NCBI GenBank assembly: GCA_017407835.1
Contig: JAFQVV010000004.1
Coordinates: 7,174 to 71,173, forward strand
Reading direction: 5' to 3'
DNA from: Clostridia bacterium
Lineage (GTDB): Bacteria > Bacillota > Clostridia > Oscillospirales > CAG-272
Length of the DNA stretch: 64,000 bases
Shown here in pieces: positions 36,998 through 46,875 of this stretch. Positions within the stretch are counted from its first letter, which is position 1, and each line of letters starts with the position of its first letter. The notes below the pieces were generated by a model that did no database searches, had not been told where the DNA came from, and saw only the letters and a list, made by a program, of their open reading frames with translations. Made by a program: the position numbers and the translations under genes.

Positions 36998-38947
36998 ATG
37001 ACCAGCATTTCCGTCAACGACCTTTCCCTCTCCTTCGGCATCAAGCCTGTGCTCCAAAAGGTGTCTTTTTCGCTGGAAGAAGGGGACAAGCTCGGCATCA
37101 TCGGTGTCAACGGCTGCGGCAAATCCACGCTGTTTAAGCTGATTTTGGGCGAGCTTGAGCCGGATGAAGGCAATATTTTCTTTTCCAAAAACAAAACGGT
37201 AGGTGTTCTGACACAGGACGGCGCGTTCGAGGTCAGCGATCTCTGCGGCGACACGGTGCTTGAGCAGATGTTCACCGCATATCCCCAACACCTGCGCGCC
37301 GAGGCCCGTTTAGCCGAGTTGGAATCGGCACTGCACGATGAATCGCGCTCCACCGAGGAAACGATGCGGCTCTCGGGCGAATATGCCGAGCTATATCGCA
37401 AATACAGCGAGGGCGGCGGGCTGGAATTTCGTGGGCGGGCCGCCTCGATTCTGGCAAAAATGGGCTTCGATGCCGAGGCACAGCGGCAATCGGTTGAGGT
37501 ACTCTCGGGCGGTCAGCGCACACGCCTGGCGCTGGCAAAACAGCTTTGCGCCGAACCCGACATTCTGCTCCTTGACGAGCCAACCAACCATCTCGATATC
37601 GAGACGATGGGGTGGCTGGAAAATTTTTTGATTGATTATGCGGGCAATGTGCTGATCATCTCCCACGACCGCTTTTTCCTCGATCGCGTCACCAATAAGA
37701 CACTGCGCATCGAGCACTGCCGCGCCAAGCTGTACACCGGCGGATACACCCAGAGCGTTGCGCAATACGAAGAGGATCGCGCCATTCAGGAGAAGCATTA
37801 TCAGATCCAACAGAAGGAAATCGCGCGTCAGGAGGCATACATCGCTCAACAGCGGGCATGGAACCGCGAGCGCAACATCATTGCCGCCGAATCCCGCGAG
37901 AAGGCGCTTGAGCGCATGGTCAAGATTGAGAAGCCCCAAGCACCGCCCAAAGCCATCCGTATGCATTTTACGGCATCTGGGGAAAGCGGAAACGAAGTTT
38001 TGCGGGCGCGTGGGCTGTCCATGGCGTTCGGCGACCGCTCCCTCTTCTCGGGACTCGATTTTTTAATCAAAAAACGGGAGCGCGTGTTCATCGTCGGCCC
38101 AAACGGCTGCGGAAAATCAACGCTGATCAAGCTGATGCTGGATCAGCTCCTGCCGACGGAGGGGCTGATTGAATTCGGATACAATGTGGAGATCGGCTAC
38201 TACGATCAGGAAAACCAAAATCTCGAACCGACCAAGACCGTACTTGAGGAGCTGTGGTCGGCATACCCTACCCTGCCCGAACTTGAGATTCGTAACGCAC
38301 TCGCCCTCTTCCTCTTTCGCGGCGATGATATTGAGAAAACGGTATCGGTGCTCTCGGGGGGTGAGCGGGCCCGGCTGACGCTGGCAAAGCTCATTCTCTC
38401 CCGCATGAACCTGCTTATCCTCGACGAGCCGACCAACCACCTTGACATCAATTCCCGTGAGGCACTGGAAGCGGCACTTGAGGGGTTCGACGGAACGCTC
38501 ATCACCGTCTCCCACGACCGTTATCTCATCGACAAGCTGGCAACCCGCATTCTGGCACTCTCCCCGGGCGAGGCAATGGGGGGAGGAGATCTCTACGACT
38601 ATCGCGTCACACATGAGGGGCAGGGCTACAGCGAGCTGCGAGAGTTGATGGCGGAGCGTGAAGCGCTCTACGCCGCGGCACGCGCCGATCTGCCCGAAAC
38701 AGAGACAAACGGCGGTCGTGAGCAATATCTGCAGCAGAAGAAATCGCGCAACGATGATCGAAAAGAGAAAAAGCGCAGAGAAGCTATGGCGCGTGAGCAG
38801 ATCAAGCTTGAAGCTGAGCTGGAGGCACTGGAGAAGGAGCTGTACGGCGAGGCGGCAACCGACTATGTCCGCGCCGCCGAGATCGATGCCCGCAAGGCGG
38901 AGGTCGAGGAGCGGCTGATGGAAATTTACGAGGTGCTTGAAGGGTAA
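36998..38947 (+). CDS. ABC-F family ATPase (two ABC cassettes, no TM domain, coiled-coil C-terminus)
   Basis: Walker A appears twice (GVNGCGKST, GPNGCGKST) and the signature twice (LSGGQRTR, LSGGERAR). K/E-rich C-terminal tail. Confidence 0.9.
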   Translation: MTSISVNDLSLSFGIKPVLQKVSFSLEEGDKLGIIGVNGCGKSTLFKLILGELEPDEGNIFFSKNKTVGVLTQDGAFEVSDLCGDTVLEQMFTAYPQHLRAEARLAELESALHDESRSTEETMRLSGEYAELYRKYSEGGGLEFRGRAASILAKMGFDAEAQRQSVEVLSGGQRTRLALAKQLCAEPDILLLDEPTNHLDIETMGWLENFLIDYAGNVLIISHDRFFLDRVTNKTLRIEHCRAKLYTGGYTQSVAQYEEDRAIQEKHYQIQQKEIARQEAYIAQQRAWNRERNIIAAESREKALERMVKIEKPQAPPKAIRMHFTASGESGNEVLRARGLSMAFGDRSLFSGLDFLIKKRERVFIVGPNGCGKSTLIKLMLDQLLPTEGLIEFGYNVEIGYYDQENQNLEPTKTVLEELWSAYPTLPELEIRNALALFLFRGDDIEKTVSVLSGGERARLTLAKLILSRMNLLILDEPTNHLDINSREALEAALEGFDGTLITVSHDRYLIDKLATRILALSPGEAMGGGDLYDYRVTHEGQGYSELRELMAEREALYAAARADLPETETNGGREQYLQQKKSRNDDRKEKKRREAMAREQIKLEAELEALEKELYGEAATDYVRAAEIDARKAEVEERLMEIYEVLEG

Positions 38948-39000
38948 AATCTCATCGCCGCCGCTCATTTTCTCGTGATGCAATTCTACTGTACAATATA

Positions 39001-39033
39001 AAAAGGTCAAGGCTAATTGCCTTGACCTTTTTG
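39001..39033. terminator. bidirectional terminator between ABC-F and hppA
   Basis: AAAAGGTCAAGGC-taatt-GCCTTGACCTTTT. Confidence 0.85.
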
Positions 39034-39047
39034 GTATGATGAATGAA

Positions 39048-41132
39048 TTAAAGCAACGAGAAATTCACCACGACTGCCGCGAAAACAATAGAAACCATCG
39101 AGAGCAGCTTGATGAGAATATTGATCGCGGGACCTGCGGTATCCTTGAAGGGATCGCCGACCGTATCGCCGACAACTGCCGCCTTATGGCAATCCGAGCC
39201 CTTGCCGCCGTGGACGCCGCTTTCGATATACTTCTTTGCATTGTCCCAAGCACCGCCCGAGTTTGACATGAAGATTGCCATCAGGAAACCCGATGCGGTT
39301 GCACCTGCGAGCATACCGACAACACCCGTGCAGCCGAGAACAATACCGACAACGATCGGCACTGCAACCGCAACAACGGTAGGCAGGACCATCTCACGAA
39401 GGCTTGCCTGGGTGCAAAGGTCCACACAAGTTGCGTAATCGGCTTCTGCCTTGCCGTCCATCAGACCGACAATTTCCTTGAACTGGCGACGAACTTCCTT
39501 GACCACACTCTGCGCTGCACGACCAACAGAATTCATGGTCAGGGCAGCGAAAACGAAGGGCAGGCACGCACCGACAAAAAGACCGATGAGTACGGTGGGA
39601 TTGGTGATCTCCAGATTTGCAATTTTTTCTGCGCCACCCTCAATCGTCTTGATCTTGTCGATGTAGGATGCCATCAATGCAAGGGCGGTCAGGGCAGCCG
39701 AACCGATTGCAAATCCCTTACCTGTTGCGGCAGTGGTGTTGCCGAGCGAGTCGAGTGCATCGGTGCGCTCTCTGACCTGCTTTTCCAGACCTGCCATCTC
39801 GGCAATACCGCCTGCATTATCGGCAACAGGGCCGTATGCATCGGTTGCGAGCGTGATGCCGAGGGTGGAGAGCATACCGACAGCGGCAAGTGCGATGCCG
39901 TAAAGACCTGAAGACATATTCTCGGCGCCCCCCGATACAAAGAAAGAAATGAGCACGCAGACAGAAACAATCACGATAGGCATCAAGGTAGAGAGCATCC
40001 CCACAGAAAGACCACCGATGATGATGGTTGCGGTTCCCGTCTCGGAAGTACATGCCAAATTACGGGTAGGCTTATAGCTGTCGGAGGTATAATATTCGGT
40101 GGATTGACCGATCAAAACACCCGCAATCAAACCGGAGAGAATGGCAAAATAGATGGTCCAGTTTTCCTTACCCAGGATAAAATAAACCAACGGAAAGGCC
40201 AGAACAGCGATCAGAATCGCCGAGAAATTGGTACCTCTGGAGAGGGCACGCAAAAGCTGTTTCTGGCTTGCGCCCTCCTTTGTTCTGACAAGGAAAGTGC
40301 CCAAGACAGAGCAAACAATACCAAGTGACGCCAAAATCATGGGCAGCGCCATTGCAGTAATCGAACCGAGTGCCGCAACACCGAGTGCACAGGCAGAAAT
40401 AATCGAACCAACATAAGATTCATAGAGGTCAGCGCCCATGCCCGCAACGTCACCGACATTATCGCCGACGTTGTCTGCGATAACTGCGGGGTTTCTGGGA
40501 TCATCCTCGGGAATGCCTGCTTCTACCTTGCCGACAAGGTCGGCACCCACGTCAGCAGCCTTGGTGAAAATACCGCCGCCCACCCGAGCGAAAAGCGCCA
40601 TAGAGGATGCACCCATACCAAAGGTAAGCATAGCACCTGTAATATCCGCGGGAGAAAGATGGAAAACGAACTTCAAAAGGAAGAACCACACCGAAATATC
40701 AAGCAAACCAAGGCCGACAACGGTGAAGCCCATCACGCTTCCCGCCGAGAAAGCGACACGCAGACCGCGGTTGAGTCCCTCACGGCAAGCGTTGGCAGTT
40801 CTTGCATTCGAAGCTGTGGCAATTTTCATGCCAATGAATCCCGAGAGTGCCGAGAAGAATCCGCCCGTCAAAAATGCGAACGGAACAAACGGGGTGAGCA
40901 GCTCCAACAGTGCCATTACCCCCAGCACAACAAACATAATGACAAAGAAAACCAAAACGATCTTATACTGTCTGCGCAGGAATGCATTTGCACCCGTTCG
41001 AACAGACAGGGAGATCTTTTTCATCAAATCGGTACCTTCCGAGAACTTCATGACTTTGCGTGCTGTAATCAACGCGTACAGCAGGGCAAATACAGCCGCT
41101 GCAAATGTGAGGATCACAATCAGCTTTTCCAT
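39048..41132 (-). CDS. hppA: membrane-bound cation-translocating pyrophosphatase (K+-dependent type by motif)
   Basis: GDNVGDVAGMGADL, DNAGGIAEM and GGAWDNAKKYIE motifs. GNTTAATGKGFAIGSAAL has Ala rather than Lys in the GNTTAA position. Confidence 0.95.
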   Translation of the reverse strand: MEKLIVILTFAAAVFALLYALITARKVMKFSEGTDLMKKISLSVRTGANAFLRRQYKIVLVFFVIMFVVLGVMALLELLTPFVPFAFLTGGFFSALSGFIGMKIATASNARTANACREGLNRGLRVAFSAGSVMGFTVVGLGLLDISVWFFLLKFVFHLSPADITGAMLTFGMGASSMALFARVGGGIFTKAADVGADLVGKVEAGIPEDDPRNPAVIADNVGDNVGDVAGMGADLYESYVGSIISACALGVAALGSITAMALPMILASLGIVCSVLGTFLVRTKEGASQKQLLRALSRGTNFSAILIAVLAFPLVYFILGKENWTIYFAILSGLIAGVLIGQSTEYYTSDSYKPTRNLACTSETGTATIIIGGLSVGMLSTLMPIVIVSVCVLISFFVSGGAENMSSGLYGIALAAVGMLSTLGITLATDAYGPVADNAGGIAEMAGLEKQVRERTDALDSLGNTTAATGKGFAIGSAALTALALMASYIDKIKTIEGGAEKIANLEITNPTVLIGLFVGACLPFVFAALTMNSVGRAAQSVVKEVRRQFKEIVGLMDGKAEADYATCVDLCTQASLREMVLPTVVAVAVPIVVGIVLGCTGVVGMLAGATASGFLMAIFMSNSGGAWDNAKKYIESGVHGGKGSDCHKAAVVGDTVGDPFKDTAGPAINILIKLLSMVSIVFAAVVVNFSLL

Positions 41133-41154
41133 GATAATGCCTCCGTATGTATGT

Positions 41155-41182
41155 TTATGGTATGATGATTATCATACCATAA
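41155..41182. repeat. 12-bp inverted repeat spanning the -10 box and predicted TSS of hppA
   Basis: TTATGGTATGAT-gatt-ATCATACCATAA. The right arm contains the -10 hexamer. Confidence 0.5.
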
Positions 41183-41199
41183 TTTTCTTCGTTTGTCAA
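41171..41199 (-). promoter_or_regulatory. sigma-A promoter of hppA
   Basis: On the minus strand: TTGACA, 17-nt spacer, TGgTATGAT. Confidence 0.65.
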
Positions 41200-41313
41200 G
41201 TATCAAACAAAGTTCAAAACAAAAAAATTTCAAAAAACACAAAACAATCGGGAAAAAAGCAAATATTTCCCCTAAAAATGCAAGCCGATCTGCGTTATTT
41301 TGCAAAAAGCACT

Positions 41314-41766
41314 CTACTTTCGTTTGGATGCAAAAAAAGATTGCAGCAGCAGCAGTGCCTCATCGGCACAAACTCCCGTGCAGATTTCAACCCGATGGTT
41401 AAGCGGGTAGGCATTGAAATTAAGCAGACTTCCATATGCCCCCGCACGGGGATCGCGGGCAGCATACACCAGGCGCGGCAGGCGTGCATTCACAATTGCA
41501 CCTGCACACATGGGACACGGTTCAAGTGTGACGTAAAGGGTGCAGTCTGCCAGCCGCCAACCGCCGACGGCTCGACAGCCGGCTTCGATGGCAAGCAGCT
41601 CTGCATGTGCGGTTGCCATGCCCTCGGTCTCGCGCAAATTGTGAGCACGGGCAATTTCCTCGTCTCCGCGCACCAAAACTGCACCGACAGGCACTTCTCC
41701 CACCGATGCCGCAATCTTTGCCTCATCCAACGCAATCTGCATCCAATCATAATCGCTTCGCTTCAT
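41314..41766 (-). CDS. tadA: tRNA adenosine(34) deaminase
   Basis: HAELLAIE and PCPMCAGA zinc-binding deaminase motifs. 150 aa. Confidence 0.9.
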   Translation of the reverse strand: MKRSDYDWMQIALDEAKIAASVGEVPVGAVLVRGDEEIARAHNLRETEGMATAHAELLAIEAGCRAVGGWRLADCTLYVTLEPCPMCAGAIVNARLPRLVYAARDPRAGAYGSLLNFNAYPLNHRVEICTGVCADEALLLLQSFFASKRK

Positions 41767-41802
41767 ATGATACCTCGCTTAAACCGAAATAGATACGCCC
41801 TG

Positions 41803-42795
41803 TCATTCAAAAAAGGCGAACAGCCCTCCCAACAGCAAGTAGAACAAAATCCCGCCGCAGGCAAGCACAAAATAGACAATCATCGAAGGGCGGAAAAATC
41901 CGCGCAGCCGCTCTCTCATCGGCAATGCGGCACCAAGCTGAACCGAGATGGGGCGTGTGTTGCCCAGTCCCGTCAGCGGCAATTTCTTCCGGCGGCGTGA
42001 ACAGATCATAACGCTCAGACAAATCAGCCCCGCCAGCATAACGGCACAACAAACAATAGTATCGATCAGCACAGCTTTTCCCTCCGGCAGAGCGGCATAC
42101 CAATATTCGCTCAAAAAACCAAGCAGATTGTTGAGCATATGGGCAATGACGCAGGGCCAGATCGAGCGTGTCTCAACATAACACCAACCCAGCATGACAC
42201 CCGCCATGGTCGTATAAAAAAGCTGACCTAAGTTGCCGTGCATCAAACCGAACAAAACTGCCGAGGCAATGATGGCAGTGGTTTTGCCATAGGGCATCAG
42301 ACGTGCACAAATCAAGCCGCGGAAAAGAAATTCTTCGCAAAAAGCGGGAACCAATGACAGGCTGAGATGCAGCAGGACAAAATCCTCCGGATACCGGAAG
42401 GCAGCCATCTCAACATAATCGAGCAGATTCGCAATCCCCATTGTATCGAGGAGCTGCATAAAGAAGCTGTTGCAATATGCGCAGGCAAGGTTTATGCCAA
42501 GAACAGCCAGCACCATGGGTATAGCTTGCAGAGGAAATGTCGGCTCCATCCCCATCGGTACAGGGGTTTCCTTGCGGGACAAGATACGGAAAAGCAAGAC
42601 AGGCAGCATAAATGCAGCCAAATACAGCACAGCATAAACCAGCTCATACCCAAGGCTGTAGGTGCGATCGTCCAATGTTACGGCCAGGAGGTTGTAAAGC
42701 AACATCCCGCCGAGCATGAATACATTGATGAACAAAAGATGAAAGAGCATTGCCCATCCCAAGCGCGCACAAAGGCGGCGATATTTCTTCTCCAT
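41803..42795 (-). CDS. CPBP-family intramembrane glutamic endopeptidase (CAAX protease-like)
   Basis: EEFLFRG, FGLMH and HMLNN motifs. Polytopic membrane protein. Confidence 0.85.
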   Translation of the reverse strand: MEKKYRRLCARLGWAMLFHLLFINVFMLGGMLLYNLLAVTLDDRTYSLGYELVYAVLYLAAFMLPVLLFRILSRKETPVPMGMEPTFPLQAIPMVLAVLGINLACAYCNSFFMQLLDTMGIANLLDYVEMAAFRYPEDFVLLHLSLSLVPAFCEEFLFRGLICARLMPYGKTTAIIASAVLFGLMHGNLGQLFYTTMAGVMLGWCYVETRSIWPCVIAHMLNNLLGFLSEYWYAALPEGKAVLIDTIVCCAVMLAGLICLSVMICSRRRKKLPLTGLGNTRPISVQLGAALPMRERLRGFFRPSMIVYFVLACGGILFYLLLGGLFAFFE

Positions 42796-42892
42796 TTGCC
42801 TTCCCTCCTATCTTGATTCGGATATTTATATTGTACAGGAAAAGGCGAATACTGTCAAGGGGCAATTGGAGAGGGATAAATCGGCAAATCTC

Positions 42893-42921
42893 TTGCACAG
42901 ACACGCCGTTTCTGTTATAAT
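42893..42921 (+). promoter_or_regulatory. sigma-A promoter of the TerB-domain gene
   Basis: TTGCAC, 17-nt spacer, TATAAT. Confidence 0.6.
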
Positions 42922-42952
42922 AATAGTAAGGAAATGAGGAGGAGGGATTTGT

Positions 42953-44656
42953 GTGGCAGAAAAGAATCACCGCAGCGAGGAGCTCGACCGCTTCTGGAGC
43001 ATCGATGAACTGCTCCCCCGCAAACAAGGCGGCATGCGCACCCCGCCCCAGGCACATTCGACCGAGACGGTAGAGCTGGTTATTGATGCCCCCCACCCCA
43101 CGCGGGACAGCGAAAATCCCCAACCCGATCAGGCAAAAGCCGCCGAGGTCGACAACGGTGCGCCGCTGGTCAAGCATGACGTCCCCCTTGCCAATCTGAC
43201 TCAGCCAAGCAAAAAGCCCGAGCCGATTGACACTTATCAGCCCTCAAATTCCCTGATTCACACAGTGCGTATTTATCGCTGGCCATCGGCTTACCGGTAT
43301 TACGAACGCTTTGTGGAGGATGCGCGGCGTTATTGGCATGCTGAGGCCTCGCCATGCCCCCGTGAGCCATTCTTTTCCTATGTGCCGCAATACACACAGC
43401 TAACAGAAAATCGGTTAAATTGGTACCTGTACTGGCGAGGGCAGGTGCGTTTGGGCAACTATCCCGACTGTGACTACACCTATCTTCTGCTTTATCTGTA
43501 CGAAATTATCAATCTCGGTCAAGAGATTGAGCCGCAGGCCGGACTTTCGGCGATATGCGCACTCTGGCAAGGCTATCGCGCCCGTTATCCCCGCCTTGAC
43601 CGTTTCCTGGGTGAATGGATCTGTGACTACTGTCTGGTCCATCACCTGCCGGCCCCCGATTTTCTGCCCGATGACGCGCTCGATATCCTGATCGCCGGCT
43701 CCCCCTTCAAAGAGTTCTGGCTGAACCGTCCCGGCGAGCACAATCGGGCGTACGTCGATGCACTCATCCGCTTTGCATCCAATTACGACTATCGAAAGAG
43801 CAAATTTGCCACGGGAGAAAATCTTCCACTTTACGATCGGCATATTCCCGCTGCACTCTCTCACACCGTCGACGTTTTCTCGGCTAACCCCGACCATCCG
43901 CTGGCAGGGGGCAACCTTCAGGACAGCATTCTTTCCCGCGATGCTTTCGGCGGTGCACTCTGTGCCCACGAGAACAAATATCGCATCGAGATTGAATACT
44001 GTAGCTTTACCCGCTCGCATGAGCTGCGTTTTTTGGTCACCGACATGATCAAATACAGCGAAAATAAACTGCGCGCACATCTGGGCATCAAGTCGCGTCT
44101 GGGGCTGTATGCACTTCCTCATGAAACACGTGCAGTTCTCGATGATTACTTCGCCAAACATCTCCCCGCCCGTCAGGCAATGACGCCTGCCAAACGTGCG
44201 GAGGCCGCAGAAGAAAAGCGATATGCGCCCCTCTACGAGCCGCTCTCGACCACACTCTCTCCCCAAAATGCCGCCGCAATCGAGCAGTCTTCCTGGCAAA
44301 TGACACAGCGACTGGTCGAAGCCTTTGACGAGAAGGAAGATTCTCTGCCCGTGTCCACACCAATCCCTATGTCTGCCCTGCCCTCCGCGCCCGCAGCAGC
44401 CCTGCCCGGGACTCAAGAGGGACTTGTTGGGCAGCTGATCTCCGCTCATCTTGACGGCGTTCTGCGGGCCCTGTGCAAAGGTGATATGGTCGCCGCAAAA
44501 GCCGAAGCAAAGGCAAACGGACTGATGCTGGATGCCGCGGTCGATTTGATCAATAATGCGGCGCAGGACGCGTTTGGGGACATCCTGCTTGAAGAAAAGG
44601 AAAACGGCAGCTTCGGCATCATTGAAGATTATCTCGATGAGTTAACCGGACTGTAA
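42953..44656 (+). CDS. TerB-N and TerB-C domain-containing protein
   Basis: FFSYVPQYTQLTENRLNWYLYWRGQV..YTYLLLYLYEIINLG matches my recollection of the TerB-N pattern. The C-terminal LDAAVDLINNAAQDAFGDILLEE looks like TerB-C. GTG start follows GGAGGAGGG. Confidence 0.65.
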   Translation: MAEKNHRSEELDRFWSIDELLPRKQGGMRTPPQAHSTETVELVIDAPHPTRDSENPQPDQAKAAEVDNGAPLVKHDVPLANLTQPSKKPEPIDTYQPSNSLIHTVRIYRWPSAYRYYERFVEDARRYWHAEASPCPREPFFSYVPQYTQLTENRLNWYLYWRGQVRLGNYPDCDYTYLLLYLYEIINLGQEIEPQAGLSAICALWQGYRARYPRLDRFLGEWICDYCLVHHLPAPDFLPDDALDILIAGSPFKEFWLNRPGEHNRAYVDALIRFASNYDYRKSKFATGENLPLYDRHIPAALSHTVDVFSANPDHPLAGGNLQDSILSRDAFGGALCAHENKYRIEIEYCSFTRSHELRFLVTDMIKYSENKLRAHLGIKSRLGLYALPHETRAVLDDYFAKHLPARQAMTPAKRAEAAEEKRYAPLYEPLSTTLSPQNAAAIEQSSWQMTQRLVEAFDEKEDSLPVSTPIPMSALPSAPAAALPGTQEGLVGQLISAHLDGVLRALCKGDMVAAKAEAKANGLMLDAAVDLINNAAQDAFGDILLEEKENGSFGIIEDYLDELTGL

Positions 44657-44669
44657 AAAGGAGCTTAAT

Positions 44670-45332
44670 ATGACAAGGAAAGTAAAATATCTGCTCGGCT
44701 CGGCAATATCGGTTCTGCTTCTGTTTGTCCTCTGGACCGTGTTGGTTTTGACCGTTGACCGCGCCCCCATCGGGCCGTCCGAATCGATCGTTGGACTCGC
44801 CGCATTCAATCGCACGGTCTATGATCTCCTCTGCCCACATACCGGATGGCATCTGCTCAGCGAAGTGCTGGGCCTTCTCCCACTTGCGACGGCGGGCGGC
44901 TTTGCCCTTCTCGGTGCATGGCAGCTGATTCGCCGCCGCAGTCTGCGCGCCGTGGATCCCCATCTGTATCTTCTCGCCGCGCTTTATCTTGCCGTGGCGG
45001 CTTGTTATGTGGGGTTTGAGCTGTGGATCATCAACTACCGCCCTGTTTTAACCGACGGACTGCTTGAAGCTTCCTACCCCTCTTCACACACCATGCTGGC
45101 GATCTGCACTCTCGGCTCGGCGGCAGTGTGCTTCACCGCACGTACGGACAAGCCCATTCTCCGCCGAATCGCGGCGGGATCTGCCCTGCTTGCGGCAGTG
45201 CTCATTGTGGTGGGACGCCTGTTCTCGGGTGTGCACTGGCCAAGCGACATCATCGGCGGTATTCTGCTGGGGGTCGCGCTCACTCTCTTCTATTGTGCCG
45301 CTGATCGGGCAATCGATAACGCGAGACGATAA
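44670..45332 (+). CDS. PAP2-family membrane phosphatase
   Basis: SYPSSHT and SGVHWPSD acid-phosphatase motifs. AAGGAG RBS. Confidence 0.85.
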   Translation: MTRKVKYLLGSAISVLLLFVLWTVLVLTVDRAPIGPSESIVGLAAFNRTVYDLLCPHTGWHLLSEVLGLLPLATAGGFALLGAWQLIRRRSLRAVDPHLYLLAALYLAVAACYVGFELWIINYRPVLTDGLLEASYPSSHTMLAICTLGSAAVCFTARTDKPILRRIAAGSALLAAVLIVVGRLFSGVHWPSDIIGGILLGVALTLFYCAADRAIDNARR

Positions 45333-45337
45333 TTCAT

Positions 45338-45367
45338 GGGGAGGGGCTTTTTGAAAAGCCCCTCCCC
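45338..45367. other. GC-rich hairpin after the PAP2 gene, without a U-tract
   Basis: GGGGAGGGGCTTT-ttga-AAAGCCCCTCCCC. Confidence 0.5.
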
Positions 45368-45398
45368 GAAACTTTCATACATCAAATAAGACAAATAT

Positions 45399-45445
45399 AA
45401 CGGGTACTGCGCAAATTATCGCAGCACCCGTTTTTCGGATTTTTG
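45399..45445 (+). terminator. rho-independent terminator
   Basis: AACGGGTACTGCG-caaattat-CGCAGCACCCGTT (one mismatch) followed by TTTCGGATTTTT. Confidence 0.65.
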
Positions 45446-45492
45446 AGAGGGGACGGGGGAACTTTTTCAACAGTTCCCCTGCAGCTCATCGA

Positions 45493-46872
45493 TTACTTCT
45501 TTTTTCCCTTGCCGGCCTTGAGCATATACAGCAGCAAAGCCGCAAGATAAATACCGATCAGAAGCAGCGACAGCCAAACTGTCAGTTCGCTCTTGGCGGC
45601 AAAACTGATCAAAAGAAGGACGGGAATACCGAATGCAATCCCGAACGAACTGCCTGTGATGAGATCGTTGGATGCGGGAGTTTTCAGTTCCGGATCGACC
45701 TCGCGCAGGAGGAGAACCCCAGAGCTGATAGTACCCGTCAGCATACCGAACATTCCGAAGAACCCTTCATAAACATAATCAGGATAAAGTTTGCGGCACA
45801 TGGCAAGCAAATAAATGAAGGTCACGATGCCGCCGATGATGGCCATGGCAAGGAACGGGACCCAGTTTCCTGCGAGGTCACTGATGTTGATGCTGGCAAT
45901 GCCGGCGATGGTCATATAATCAAAAGCGAGCCCCGAGATACGGCTGAGAAGATAGTTGTTCTGATACTGATGATTCATCAGCTTGAACCGGCGCAGATGC
46001 TTGAACAGGCTTCGACAGCAAACGGCAATCAGCGAGCCGACAATAAAGTTGAAGCCCCAGAGCAGTGTGCTGACCGTCGCCGCCAGACCGGGTGCCACCG
46101 CTTCAAGCAAGCGCGTAATGCCCAAAGTAAAGAGATAGGTCAAAAGGTAGATCAATGCCACCAATGCGGCCTGTACACTGAGCTTATCCACCGACTCTGA
46201 GATCGGAATCTCATTACTGTCCTGGAAGGTATCCACTGTTATAGAGCCAGTGACATAATCTTTGTCGAATACACGGCGGATTTTCCCGCGGCGGTTGAGG
46301 ACGTTGAGATAAACCACACCCACGACGCATGCGCACAGATAACCTGCGGCAGCCAGCGAAAGGCCGAAGCTTCTGCCTCCGGTAAATCCCAGTGCCTCAT
46401 AGGTTGTGCCGACATTGTTTGCCTGCCCTGGCCCCTGTCCGTATGCCATCGGCAGCAGAATTCCGCTCGCCTTAAAGAGATCGGGCATAAAGGTATAGGC
46501 AAGCAACAGCGAAATGGCAAGTCCCACAAGCGCCTGCACCAGGTATGCACTGACAATCAGCGCACCGTTTTTACTGGCCGCCAAAGCACCTGAACGGCTT
46601 TGCTGTTCGGGAATACGCAGGGAAAGTGCGATAAATCCCAGCGCAATTGCATGATAAGTGACGACTTCAAGAAACTCAGCATCTATGCGCAGAATGCCTG
46701 TTGAACGCAGGATAAGCAGAATAAACCCCGCCAAAACCGCCGTCGGCATCAAGCTGTTGCGAATAAATGCAACCTTTTGCCGCAGCACGTTGGCCAGAAG
46801 CATCAGTGCTGCGATAATGCCCGTTTGCATAACCGAATTCCATAACTGTGTATTTGCTGCCGAAAAATCCAT
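45493..46872 (-). CDS. gltS: sodium/glutamate symporter (ESS/GltS family)
   Basis: 459-aa polytopic protein with a GltS-like N-terminus (..GIIAALMLLANVLRQKVAFIRNSLMPTAVLAGF). Sits 3 nt after the upstream stop. Confidence 0.75.
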   Translation of the reverse strand: MDFSAANTQLWNSVMQTGIIAALMLLANVLRQKVAFIRNSLMPTAVLAGFILLILRSTGILRIDAEFLEVVTYHAIALGFIALSLRIPEQQSRSGALAASKNGALIVSAYLVQALVGLAISLLLAYTFMPDLFKASGILLPMAYGQGPGQANNVGTTYEALGFTGGRSFGLSLAAAGYLCACVVGVVYLNVLNRRGKIRRVFDKDYVTGSITVDTFQDSNEIPISESVDKLSVQAALVALIYLLTYLFTLGITRLLEAVAPGLAATVSTLLWGFNFIVGSLIAVCCRSLFKHLRRFKLMNHQYQNNYLLSRISGLAFDYMTIAGIASINISDLAGNWVPFLAMAIIGGIVTFIYLLAMCRKLYPDYVYEGFFGMFGMLTGTISSGVLLLREVDPELKTPASNDLITGSSFGIAFGIPVLLLISFAAKSELTVWLSLLLIGIYLAALLLYMLKAGKGKKK

Positions 46873-46875
46873 ATC

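Noticed and set aside
45338-45445. I considered a possible small RNA between the two consecutive hairpins downstream of the PAP2 gene.
   Set aside because: There is no promoter-like element between the hairpins, and the first hairpin lacks a U-tract. The more economical explanation is a stabilising hairpin followed by the real terminator.
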